From the IMG/VR virus record IMGVR_UViG_3300045250_000069: a stretch of 64,000 nucleotides of DNA; one strand, 5' to 3'. This DNA is from a virus. Every line of letters begins with the position of its first letter. The first letter of the stretch is position 1. Shown here in pieces: positions 10,158-18,308 of this stretch. Made by a program: the position numbers and the translations under genes. The notes beneath the pieces were generated by a model. It had not been told where the DNA came from. It did not search any database and was given only the letters and a program-made list of their open reading frames with translations.

Positions 10158-10627
10158 TGGCGAAATATAGCGGTACGGTTGTGCGGCCGTCGAGTGTGGC
10201 GCATGTGGCGTCGGCTCGGGCGCAGTTGCAAGTAAAGCTGGCGGAGCCGGGGACGCGTTCGGGATCGCTGGTGAATGACGACACCATCGTTGTTGACGTG
10301 CCGTCATCGGGCGCGTTCGAGGTCGATTTAATCCCGTCTCCGCAGATTCTCTCCCGGTCTGGTCGGCCCGCAGTGTATAGCGTCGCGGAGTCGTGGCTGG
10401 ACCCTGACGGCGTGCAGATCCCCGGCGGGTACTCCGAGTGGGGGACGTTCTACCTTGGCGCGTCTGGCGGCACGCTCTCGCAATATAAGGTGGCGCCGCC
10501 TGGCACGCCGGTCATCGAATGGGTGTCGACCCTCGCGGAAGCGCAGGCCCTCGAACCGACCCTCGCGAAGGGCTCAATCATCATCGTCGCCGGTAGCACG
10601 GCCTGGAATGTTTACGAGGTGTCGTAA
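10157..10627 (+). CDS. Minor tail protein
   Basis: Coupled TAATG starts within tail operon. Confidence 0.65.
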   Translation: MAKYSGTVVRPSSVAHVASARAQLQVKLAEPGTRSGSLVNDDTIVVDVPSSGAFEVDLIPSPQILSRSGRPAVYSVAESWLDPDGVQIPGGYSEWGTFYLGASGGTLSQYKVAPPGTPVIEWVSTLAEAQALEPTLAKGSIIIVAGSTAWNVYEVS

Positions 10628-12183
10628 TGGCTCTAACACTGATTGGCAGTATCGCCGCAATTACTGACGCGGTGGCTGCGAACCTCGTATCCGGCCCGAC
10701 GCAGACTCGTGCCGCGGTTGACGCGCGCGTGCGCGGCATTGTGCCGGCTGAGGTGTCGTCGCAGATCGCGAACTCTACGACGTTGCAGGCTGCGTTGGCG
10801 GCGATGATCGGCAATCTCGGTGATGCGAACCTCGCGGCGGAGTATGCGCGCACGATTACGCCGACTGCGGATTGGAACACGCTCACTCAGCGTGGTGTGT
10901 GGCGGCGCGCGTCAGCGACTCCGAACGGGTCGAACGTGCCGCCGACGCAGGCGTCGGGCACGCTGTATGTGACGAAGTCGAACGAGCAGACTGACCAGGC
11001 TGGCGGGCAACTGTTCATGGCCGCTGACGGTATTTGGTACCGCAGCGTTTCTGATGCGGGCGTGTGGTCGGAGTGGCGTGCGCTCGATTCCGACTATCGC
11101 GGGCTGATGCCGGATGGACAGTCGATCGATGACATGACCGGCCAGCAGTGGACTGGGCAATGGTATGTGCCGTCTACTGCTGCGGCGGACGCGCTGGTGG
11201 GTGCGAAACCGCCGATGAGCGGGCCGGGCACGTTCACGGTCGTGTCGTCGCGCACGTCGGGCTATTCGCACACGGTGCAGTGGTGGTCGATGCACCTGCT
11301 GTCAGGCTCGAAGCTGTTTATGCGGCTCACGGTCGCGTCGGGCGCGTTCAATGACTGGATTGAGGTTGGCGGTGCCGGGAGTAGTGCTGGCGCGCGTGAC
11401 CTGCGCCTGCAACTGTTTGAGGAGGCGTACCCGCTCGTTTCGACAGGGAATAAGGGCGTCGTCGTGCTTCGGTATGACCACGGCCTCACGAATTTCAAGT
11501 CGACGATCCTGCCGTTGCATCAGCAATACAATCTGCCTGCCTATATCGCGATGAATTCCCGCAACTGGTCGCTCGATGAGAACTCGGGCGCAACGCAGGA
11601 GGAAGCCCGGTCGTGGGCGAACGTCGAATGGGGCAACCATTCCGCCGACCACGAAGACAAGTCGGGTGGGGCCGCGATCTACGACAACATCGTGAACGGC
11701 CGCATCGAGCTCGAAGCCCAGTTGGAACGCACGATCCACGGCTACACCGCGCCGGGGTTGACGGGCGGCCAGTTCGACGGGTTCAACACCGGCTGGGTCG
11801 ACGGCTACTCCAACACGCCCGCGGGTGCGATGATCCTCGACCATCACGCGATCGCGTCCGGCGGGATCGGCGACACGAACTTCCGCCCCCTGGACGGGAA
11901 GATCCGCATCGGTGGCCGGCATTACACGTGGGAGCAGCGCACGTACGCACAAATCAAGGCCGAGATCGATACTGCGATCTCGACCAAGACCGCGCTGACG
12001 ATTATGGCGCACCCGCGCACGATGAACCAGTCCGGGTATTGGACGCCGGCACTGTTGGAGCAGGTGCTGGCCTATATTCGGTCGCAGATCGATGCGGGGA
12101 ACCTCGCTGATCTGACCTACTACCAGTCGCAGCATGCGGTGTTGCGGACGCCGGTCGAGGCATTCCAGGCCGCACTCGCCTAA
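10627..12183 (+). CDS. Tail fibre/RBP 1: knob-like repeats plus CE4 polysaccharide-deacetylase-like domain
   Basis: W-rich repeats; LRYDHG, GNHSADH, MAHP motifs. Confidence 0.75.
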   Translation: MALTLIGSIAAITDAVAANLVSGPTQTRAAVDARVRGIVPAEVSSQIANSTTLQAALAAMIGNLGDANLAAEYARTITPTADWNTLTQRGVWRRASATPNGSNVPPTQASGTLYVTKSNEQTDQAGGQLFMAADGIWYRSVSDAGVWSEWRALDSDYRGLMPDGQSIDDMTGQQWTGQWYVPSTAAADALVGAKPPMSGPGTFTVVSSRTSGYSHTVQWWSMHLLSGSKLFMRLTVASGAFNDWIEVGGAGSSAGARDLRLQLFEEAYPLVSTGNKGVVVLRYDHGLTNFKSTILPLHQQYNLPAYIAMNSRNWSLDENSGATQEEARSWANVEWGNHSADHEDKSGGAAIYDNIVNGRIELEAQLERTIHGYTAPGLTGGQFDGFNTGWVDGYSNTPAGAMILDHHAIASGGIGDTNFRPLDGKIRIGGRHYTWEQRTYAQIKAEIDTAISTKTALTIMAHPRTMNQSGYWTPALLEQVLAYIRSQIDAGNLADLTYYQSQHAVLRTPVEAFQAALA

Positions 12184-12200
12184 CCACACTCTCTCACTCA

Positions 12201-12225
12201 AGCCACCCCTGCGGGTGGCTTTTTT
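12201..12225 (+). terminator. Intrinsic terminator between the two fibre paralogs
   Basis: AGCCACCC-CTGC-GGGTGGCT-TTTTT. Confidence 0.85.
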
Positions 12226-12259
12226 GTTGCACCCACACGGTGCGGAAAGGGGCAGACCG

Positions 12260-13699
12260 GTGGATGACGACCTGGTGCAGCTCGCAACCCTGATCGGTGT
12301 TGAACTCAAAACCCGTGGCACGATCCGTGCACTCATCCCCGCCGACACGGACGTGAACACGCTCCGCACCCCCGGCGTGTATGCAGTCGCATCGACCACG
12401 ATCGCTGCCTCACTCATCAACTGGCCGGAACCGGTCACGGGGCTTCTCGTGGTCGAAAAAACGCCCCAGAACCAGATGACGACGCAGAACGTGTACCTGT
12501 ACAAGTCAACATCGCAGCCACCGAAGAAATACTCGCGCGTGAACCGTCTCGCATCGAACGATGCGTGGACGGCGTGGGGTTCCCCGGAATGGGCGCAGGC
12601 CGTGTTCGGCGGCACGTCCGAGACTCCCGCGAACGTTGACATGCATGTCGAGGCGGGCGCGTGGCTCGTCACCGCACCGGCCACGGTGACTGGTTTGCCG
12701 GCGGTGACGGCGACCGGATGGATTATCGAGAATCTGCGGTTCCGTGACTCGACAGTGATGCTGCAGCGTGCGACGGCTCGCACGTCGGGTGCGCCTCGCG
12801 TGTTCACTCGGGTCGGTGCGGTGCCTGCCGCGACGGGTTGGAATGGTGCCGCCTGGCATGAACTCGCGGCCGGTGGTGGAACCACGCCGGTTGTGGCGGA
12901 GGACGCGGGGCTCGCGAACGCGATGCTGCTGCAGGACTTCGTGCGCCGGCGCGGTGGCCGCAAGAAAGTGACGACCGGGGTTATTTCGTTCCGTTTCGAT
13001 CATGGCCTCGCGAACTTCGACACGAAGATCCGGCCACTGCTCGAGGCCCGCAACATCCCGTACAGTCTCGCGCTCTGCTCCGGCCAATGGTCACGTTCGG
13101 AGAACGTCGGTGTGACTGCGGCGATGGTCAACGGCTGGGTTGAGGGTGGTCTCGCGGAGGTCTGGAACCATTCGAAGGATCATGGCTCGGGCGACAACTC
13201 GACTGCGCAATGGCAGGCCGCGATCCAGGACGGTCTCACCGAACTGCAGGCGCAAATTCCGGCCGCGCAGATAGACGGCTGGGCACCCCCAGGTTCCTCT
13301 GGTACGGACTTTGGCGGGTTCACGAACGGTGGCACGATCCCGCAACTGTTGACCGAGGGGGGCCGCTATATCCTCGCGCGGCACGCGATCACTGCCGGCT
13401 ACCTGTCTGGCACCGTGTATCGGCTGTTGGATGGGAACCCGCGTAACGCGCTCACGCATGTGACGGGGGATAAGCAGACGCAGGCGCAGCTCGAGGCGTA
13501 CCTGAATGGCGCGGTCTCGCAACGCAAGGGCGTGCAGATCATGATTCATCCGTCGCTGGTCGACTCGGAGGGGTATATCACGACGGCGGAGATCGAGGGG
13601 TTCCTGGATGCGGTAGTGACCGCTCGCGACGCTGGCCAGGTGGCGGTGATGGGGCCGTACGACGCGCTCCTCGCTGACGCGACCGACGCTGCGATCTAA
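12260..13699 (+). CDS. Tail fibre/RBP 2: knob-like repeats plus CE4-like domain (paralog)
   Basis: GTG start after GAAAGGGG; FRFDHG, WNHSKDH, MIHP motifs. Confidence 0.72.
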   Translation: MDDDLVQLATLIGVELKTRGTIRALIPADTDVNTLRTPGVYAVASTTIAASLINWPEPVTGLLVVEKTPQNQMTTQNVYLYKSTSQPPKKYSRVNRLASNDAWTAWGSPEWAQAVFGGTSETPANVDMHVEAGAWLVTAPATVTGLPAVTATGWIIENLRFRDSTVMLQRATARTSGAPRVFTRVGAVPAATGWNGAAWHELAAGGGTTPVVAEDAGLANAMLLQDFVRRRGGRKKVTTGVISFRFDHGLANFDTKIRPLLEARNIPYSLALCSGQWSRSENVGVTAAMVNGWVEGGLAEVWNHSKDHGSGDNSTAQWQAAIQDGLTELQAQIPAAQIDGWAPPGSSGTDFGGFTNGGTIPQLLTEGGRYILARHAITAGYLSGTVYRLLDGNPRNALTHVTGDKQTQAQLEAYLNGAVSQRKGVQIMIHPSLVDSEGYITTAEIEGFLDAVVTARDAGQVAVMGPYDALLADATDAAI

Positions 13700-13759
13700 C
13701 CGCGCCCCAAACGTTGATCCCCGTTACGGGGCCATTTTTCATGCCTGAAAGGGGCAGCA

Positions 13760-14653
13760 ATGACTCATTCGAAGCTCACGAACAAGATCAGTCTCAGCAG
13801 CCAGTCGAGTTCGCGTGACGGCACGAAGATCGATCGGTTCCTCGTTCACCACGCAGCAAGCACCTCGCAGTCCGGCGTGGTCGACATGATGGTGCGCGCG
13901 ACCCGCACAGTCTCGGCGAACTATGTCATCGGCGACACAATCACCTGTGTCGTTGACGAGGATCGCCGCGCCTGGACTTCTGGCGCGTCGGGTGACGGCG
14001 GCCGCGGCGCAGCGTTCGACACGCGCTCAATCACCGTCGAAACCATCAATGACTCGACGGACGGTTGGACGGTCAGCGACAAGACGTTCGACAACCTCGC
14101 GCGCCTCATCGCCGATTGCGCCACCCGCTACGACTTCGACATCACCGATGACACCGTGCTCACGCACCAGGAACTCTGGTCGCGGTTCCGTGCTTCGTAC
14201 GCAACCGCGTGCCCTGGGGATTTGCAGCGCCGTAAGGCCGAGCTGTTGAAGCTCGCGAAGTCCTACCAGGACGGCAAGGCCACCGGGGGTGGTACTGCCG
14301 CGTCGAAGCCTGCGACGTCGACGCCGGCGCGCGCCTCGTGGGAGGCGACCGCGTTCGGCATCGGCACCACCGCCACCGCCGCGCAGTGGAAGACGATTCA
14401 GAGCTGGCTCAAGAAGCTGGTCCGCTATGACGGCCCCGTTGATGGTGTGCCCGGCCAGAACACCTGGAAGGGCATTCAGCGCACCGTCGCCAAGTACGGC
14501 TACTACGACGGCCCCATCGACGGTGTTCCCGGCACGAACACCGCGAAGGGAATGCAGTCCTACGCACGCAACGGCGGCGGCTACACCGGCCCCACCGACG
14601 GCGTGCTCGGCGCGAACTCGTGGGCCGGGTTCGTCAAGCGGCTTTCGAGCTAG
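13760..14653 (+). CDS. Endolysin: Zn amidase (Amidase_2-like) plus peptidoglycan-binding repeats
   Basis: VHHAA...HQE...ACPG ligands; three DGxxGxxT/S repeats. Confidence 0.9.
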   Translation: MTHSKLTNKISLSSQSSSRDGTKIDRFLVHHAASTSQSGVVDMMVRATRTVSANYVIGDTITCVVDEDRRAWTSGASGDGGRGAAFDTRSITVETINDSTDGWTVSDKTFDNLARLIADCATRYDFDITDDTVLTHQELWSRFRASYATACPGDLQRRKAELLKLAKSYQDGKATGGGTAASKPATSTPARASWEATAFGIGTTATAAQWKTIQSWLKKLVRYDGPVDGVPGQNTWKGIQRTVAKYGYYDGPIDGVPGTNTAKGMQSYARNGGGYTGPTDGVLGANSWAGFVKRLSS

Positions 14654-14661
14654 GAGCGATC

Positions 14662-15078
14662 ATGCCGAAGCGTCTCGTGACCTGGATGCATGACCCGCCC
14701 GAGTGGCGGCCGGTGTGGCTTGGAGGGCATCTGTGGGGTGCGCTCATGGGCGCCGTCACGCTCACCGCGCCGCCGCTCACGATCAAGGGCGAGCTCGGGC
14801 CTGTCCTCACCACCGTGTGGGGAATCCTCGCATTGGTCGGTTCGCTCATCGCCGCCGCGAACGTCTACTCGCGGCATGCATGGGCGGAACGCCTCGGTAT
14901 CCAGATCGCGGCGCTCGGCACCGGCCTCTACTCCGCAACAATCCTCTACCTGTGGGTTTCCACGGGGGAGAACCGCGGCACACAATTCTTCGCCGTGTCG
15001 CTCGGCCTGTTCTTCTTCCTGGCGCGGTTCCTCACGGTCGAGCACTGGGACGACCGCGACCTCGCACGGGAGATCTGA
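14662..15078 (+). CDS. Multi-TM lysis-cassette membrane protein
   Basis: About 4 hydrophobic segments; AGGAG RBS. Confidence 0.7.
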   Translation: MPKRLVTWMHDPPEWRPVWLGGHLWGALMGAVTLTAPPLTIKGELGPVLTTVWGILALVGSLIAAANVYSRHAWAERLGIQIAALGTGLYSATILYLWVSTGENRGTQFFAVSLGLFFFLARFLTVEHWDDRDLAREI

Positions 15079-15416
15079 TGCCGCTCTGGGAATACATCGT
15101 CTCGCTCGCGACGGCACTCGGTGTCGGCACGATCGTTCCCAAGATATTCGACAAGCTGGCCGCGAACATGACCGAGCGAGGGCAGCGCCGCAGGAAGGAC
15201 GCGGAGCGCCTCGCGCAGCTCGTGGACGAAGCGAAGCGCGAGCGAGACGAAGCGATCGCGCACCGCGACGTTGAAGCGTCCCGTCGTCGCCGCCTCGAGG
15301 AACATGCGTCGCGGCTGCGCCGAATCCTCGCGGAAGCACCGTGCGTCGACTTCGACACGATCCCGCCCTGGCCTGGAGGCACGGGGCCAACACCTACGCA
15401 AGGAGACTACAAGTGA
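15078..15416 (+). CDS. 1-TM plus coiled-coil lysis-cassette protein
   Basis: N-terminal hydrophobic helix, charged coil. Confidence 0.7.
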   Translation: MPLWEYIVSLATALGVGTIVPKIFDKLAANMTERGQRRRKDAERLAQLVDEAKRERDEAIAHRDVEASRRRRLEEHASRLRRILAEAPCVDFDTIPPWPGGTGPTPTQGDYK

Positions 15417-15655
15417 CCTCTACCCCGAACCTCGGCGCTGTGATTCAGTCGCCCACCGCCCGCCGTTGGATTTACGGCGTCTACATCATCGCTGTGTTCA
15501 TCATCGGATGTGTTCAGGTCGGCTTCGCTGCGGTGGATGCTGGCCAGCCTGACTGGCTGACGGTCGCTCTCGCGGTCGCCGCGTACGCGGGTGTCCCTGT
15601 TGGCGCGCTCGCCGCAGCGAACACGTCAACCTCTACCGGCAAGCACACCGAATAA
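15413..15655 (+). CDS. Holin (2 TM)
   Basis: ARRWIYGV then two TM helices; AAGGAG RBS. Confidence 0.8.
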   Translation: MTSTPNLGAVIQSPTARRWIYGVYIIAVFIIGCVQVGFAAVDAGQPDWLTVALAVAAYAGVPVGALAAANTSTSTGKHTE

Positions 15656-15676
15656 CCTTCATCCCCAACGATTGAA

Positions 15677-15713
15677 GCCCCCACCTTCACGCTGAGCGCG
15701 TGCGGGTGGGGGC
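15677..15713. terminator. Probably bidirectional terminator after lysis cassette
   Basis: GCCCCCACC/GGTGGGGGC stem between convergent genes. Confidence 0.7.
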
Positions 15714-15731
15714 GCTTTCGTCGTTTCCGGG

Positions 15732-15917
15732 CTACGACCGCACCCAGGCGATGACTTCACCCTCGCCAAGCTCGACCAGCCCACGCGCCTCCTCAAGCGT
15801 CGACGCCGCGATCTCGACCTCGCGCGGCGCATCCACCTCCGGTCGATCGCCGAGCGCGTCACGCTCCGTCTCCGAGAGAGCAGCAGCAGTATTGACGGTC
15901 TTGATCATCACGTGCAT
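15732..15917 (-). CDS. Small acidic hypothetical protein
   Basis: TAAGCT -10-like hexamer 7 nt before ATG (leaderless). Confidence 0.55.
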   Translation of the reverse strand: MHVMIKTVNTAAALSETERDALGDRPEVDAPREVEIAASTLEEARGLVELGEGEVIAWVRS

Positions 15918-15943
15918 GGCATTGAGCTTAGGCCGCGGGCAGC

Positions 15944-16009
15944 CTTGCAACGGAGGGAATAATATTCCCAACTCACTTGAATCGGGCATATTATTCCCTC
16001 GCTTGCAAG
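15944..16009. promoter_or_regulatory. 26-bp-arm inverted repeat containing two GGGAAT-N3-ATTCCC-type palindromes
   Basis: CTTGCAAcgGAGGGAATAATATtCCC / GGGcATATTATTCCCTCgcTTGCAAG. Confidence 0.7.
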
Positions 16010-16011
16010 AG

Positions 16012-16033
16012 TGTCGGCGGCGGGAGCTACCCT
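16012..16033 (+). promoter_or_regulatory. PafBC-type (RecA-NDp) DNA-damage promoter
   Basis: TGTCGG-N10-TACCCT; -10 lies at -12..-7 relative to ATG 16040. Confidence 0.7.
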
Positions 16034-16039
16034 CTGCGC

Positions 16040-16336
16040 ATGAGCAAGCAGCATCTAGAGGGTGCCGACGCGATCGTCGCCGCGATCGAGGCGCAGGCGC
16101 GCCAATCCCATCCGCTCGCCGAGACGATCCACCCAGGTCAGGTGTGGCGCGTGCACGGCCACAGCACCGCGACGATCGGCTGGGTGCGGTACCTCGTGCC
16201 AGAGCGTGGCACCGGGCCCGCCTATCACGCCTACGCTGACCGGCGTGAGGATGGTGTACGGCCGTGGCTCAAGAGCTTCGCGACACTCGACTCAGCCGTG
16301 GCATGGGTCTACCAGCACCGCGGGGAGCTCAGCTGA
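16040..16336 (+). CDS. Hypothetical 98-aa protein, probably leaderless
   Basis: MSKQHLEGAD...; ATG 7 nt after -10. Confidence 0.7.
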   Translation: MSKQHLEGADAIVAAIEAQARQSHPLAETIHPGQVWRVHGHSTATIGWVRYLVPERGTGPAYHAYADRREDGVRPWLKSFATLDSAVAWVYQHRGELS

Positions 16337-16511
16337 GATCGTCCACGATGCTCTCGATCGTGCCCTGACGTCCGCGGAACTCGATCACATCCGGCAACTC
16401 GGCATACTCGTGCAGCACCGCCACGCAGGCATTCACGGCCTCAAGCTGACGGTCCGCAGGCACCTGCTCAATGAGAGCACCGAGCACGTCCAGGGCTTCC
16501 TCAAGATCCAT
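16329..16511 (-). CDS. Small acidic helical hypothetical protein
   Basis: MDLEEALDVLG...; convergent overlap with 16040-16336. Confidence 0.5.
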   Translation of the reverse strand: MDLEEALDVLGALIEQVPADRQLEAVNACVAVLHEYAELPDVIEFRGRQGTIESIVDDLS

Positions 16512-16539
16512 GCGGGGGAGTCTACGCGGCGTAGTTTCG

Positions 16540-16598
16540 TGCCCACTTTTTGCCCACATTTTGCCCACGAAACTCACGCTTTGCCCACATTTGCCCAC
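16540..16598 (+). repeat. Integrase arm-type sites, P arm (5 x TGCCCAC)
   Basis: Copies at 16540, 16551, 16562, 16582, 16592. Confidence 0.75.
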
Positions 16599-16703
16599 AC
16601 TTTCCACCGCTCTCAGCATCCCGCCACATCCACCGCACCCCGCCGACTTACCAGGTAAACACTGGGCACGCGGCGAAAACACGGCGGAGACAACAACCTC
16701 GGC

Positions 16704-16732
16704 ACGCGGGTTCGATTCCCGTCATCCCCTCG
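16704..16732 (+). other. attP core = 3' half of a tRNA (T-arm and acceptor strand, most like tRNA-Gly)
   Basis: ACGCGGG-TTCGATT-CCCGT-CATCCCC-T; flanked by arm repeats on both sides. Confidence 0.85.
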
Positions 16733-16740
16733 CAGTACAT

Positions 16741-16788
16741 CGCCCCGCCTTGCCAGTAGAACACTGGGGAGGCGGGGCGTTTCTCGTT
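16741..16788. terminator. Terminator next to att core
   Basis: CGCCCCGCCT/AGGCGGGGCG stem then TTTCTCGTTT. Confidence 0.75.
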
Positions 16789-16794
16789 TCCCCA

Positions 16795-17874
16795 CTAGCC
16801 TTCTGCCCACATTTTGCCCACACTTTCGGACAGTGCCGACGCGACCGCATCAAGATCCGTGTCGAAAAGATCCGCATACACATCGAGCGTCACCGCGGCC
16901 GAAGCATGCCCGAGCATCCGCTGAACCGCCTTCACGTTCGCGCCAGACTGCACCGCGAGCGACGCCGCAGTATGCCGCAGATCGTGCGGAGTCACACGAG
17001 GGAACCGCTTATCTGTGGCGCGGCAGCGGTTCACCGCACCCGCAAACCAGCCATGGTCAGCATTGGGGCGCTTCACCCGGTCGCCGTCGACCTGCCAGAC
17101 CGGCACTCCCGGCATCGCCCGCGGCACGAGCTTGAGGATGAAGTCAGGGATGGGGACTTCTCTGGACTCCCACGTCTTCACGGCCTCGGTGATCCACTCG
17201 CCTCCGCGGTACGTCATTGACTTCGTGACGAGGATTCGCCGGCGCCGCCAGTCAATGTCATCCCCGTCGAGCGCGACCGCCTCGCCCCAGCGCAGGCCGG
17301 TGAGTGCGAGGAATCGGACGAGCGCGCCGTACCGAGACTCGCGCGCGAGGGCATCGACCTGCGCTGCGGTTAGGTAGGCGTGGCGCCCTTTCTGTTTGCG
17401 GGGGAGCTCTACGGTCGCATCGCGGGCAGGGTTCGAGCGGATGAGCTTGTCACTCACCGCGAGGTCGAGGATGCCGGCGAGCACGCCACGAGCCCGGTGC
17501 ACGACGGTGGGGGACTTGTCGATGCTGTTTGCCCACTCGTGGACCTCGGACGGCAGGATGCCACCGATCGGGGTGGCCGACCAGTAGGGCTGAACGTGGA
17601 TGCGCCACGCCGATTCGAGGTCGCGTTGATAGCTCGCCTTCTTCTTGCTCTTGAGCGCGAGCCAACGTTCAGCGAGCGAGCCGACGGTGACCTTGCCCTT
17701 CGCTGGGTCGATGTAGTCGCCGGTGAGTTTGGCGACCTCGACGGTCGCGGCGAACGCCTCGGCGTCCTTCTTGCGAGCGAACCCGCGCTTGTCGGTCTGC
17801 GCGCCGTCAGGCTTGCGGTAGCGCACACGGTAGCGAGGGCCAGCGTTGGTCTCGTACTTCGTGATCGTCGCCAT
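16795..17874 (-). CDS. int: Tyrosine integrase (prophage)
   Basis: GLRWGE, HDLRH, LGH, catalytic Y; start MATITKY. Confidence 0.95.
   Translation of the reverse strand: MATITKYETNAGPRYRVRYRKPDGAQTDKRGFARKKDAEAFAATVEVAKLTGDYIDPAKGKVTVGSLAERWLALKSKKKASYQRDLESAWRIHVQPYWSATPIGGILPSEVHEWANSIDKSPTVVHRARGVLAGILDLAVSDKLIRSNPARDATVELPRKQKGRHAYLTAAQVDALARESRYGALVRFLALTGLRWGEAVALDGDDIDWRRRRILVTKSMTYRGGEWITEAVKTWESREVPIPDFILKLVPRAMPGVPVWQVDGDRVKRPNADHGWFAGAVNRCRATDKRFPRVTPHDLRHTAASLAVQSGANVKAVQRMLGHASAAVTLDVYADLFDTDLDAVASALSESVGKMWAEG
16804..16821 (+). repeat. Integrase arm-type sites, P' arm (2 x TGCCCAC), inside int 3' end
   Basis: Copies at 16804 and 16815, 11-bp spacing. Confidence 0.7.
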
Positions 17875-17884
17875 GATTTTTCTT

Positions 17885-18277
17885 TCATTCGGTGCCGCGC
17901 CACAGTAAGTCAGCGCGCCGGTAATTTGAAGCGGAGGAAAGCCACACGCGCAGCATGTGAGGAGTGACGGCGAGTTCGTCACACCACCGCTCTGGGTGGT
18001 CTGGATGGCTACGGGCGCACGCGACGACAAGTTCGGCGGTGATCAGCATGTCGGCTGCCCATCGATCAGCACGGGCCTCGCTCTTGCGAGTGGTGGTGGT
18101 GTCGCCGTAGTGGTGGTGCCCGAGCTCGTGCGCGAGTGCGCTTCGCCTGGACATGTAGGTGATGCCTCTACGAACGACGATGAGGTCGTGGCGATGGTAG
18201 TAGCGGCCCATCTCGGGGATATCTGCTTCGACCACCTCGAGTGCGTGCTCTGCAGCGTGCAAGTCTGGGTCCCACAT
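17885..18277 (-). CDS. immA: ImmA/IrrE-family metallopeptidase (anti-repressor)
   Basis: AHELGHH HExxH and EARADRWAA; start may be 18289. Confidence 0.88.
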   Translation of the reverse strand: MWDPDLHAAEHALEVVEADIPEMGRYYHRHDLIVVRRGITYMSRRSALAHELGHHHYGDTTTTRKSEARADRWAADMLITAELVVACARSHPDHPERWCDELAVTPHMLRVWLSSASNYRRADLLWRGTE

Positions 18278-18308
18278 GGGACAGATCATGCGCTGAGCCT
18301 GCGACATA

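Larger units (their letters stand above)
1..16732. mobile_element. Prophage copy 1, right part (capsid to att); left part lies outside the window
   Basis: Capsid, tail, lysis genes in siphovirus order, ending at a tRNA-3'-end att core. Confidence 0.95.

Noticed and set aside
10627-13699. DGR or shufflon diversification of tail fibres
   Set aside because: No reverse transcriptase, TR/VR pair, invertase or flanking inverted repeats
15944-16009. Protelomerase (telRL) site or invertible switch
   Set aside because: Arms imperfect with 14-bp spacer; no protelomerase or invertase gene
16540-16598. CRISPR-like short repeat array
   Set aside because: 7-bp repeats with 3-13 bp gaps, no spacers, no cas genes; they fit integrase arm sites
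16704-16732. Complete tRNA gene at the att cores (also 56930-56958)
   Set aside because: Only T-arm and acceptor 3' strand present; no anticodon or D-arm upstream; the intact tRNA should be at attL outside the window
17875-18030. 411-aa integrase starting at 18030
   Set aside because: Extension overlaps immA; MATITKY at 17874 follows an AAAGAAAA purine tract and matches a typical Int N-terminus
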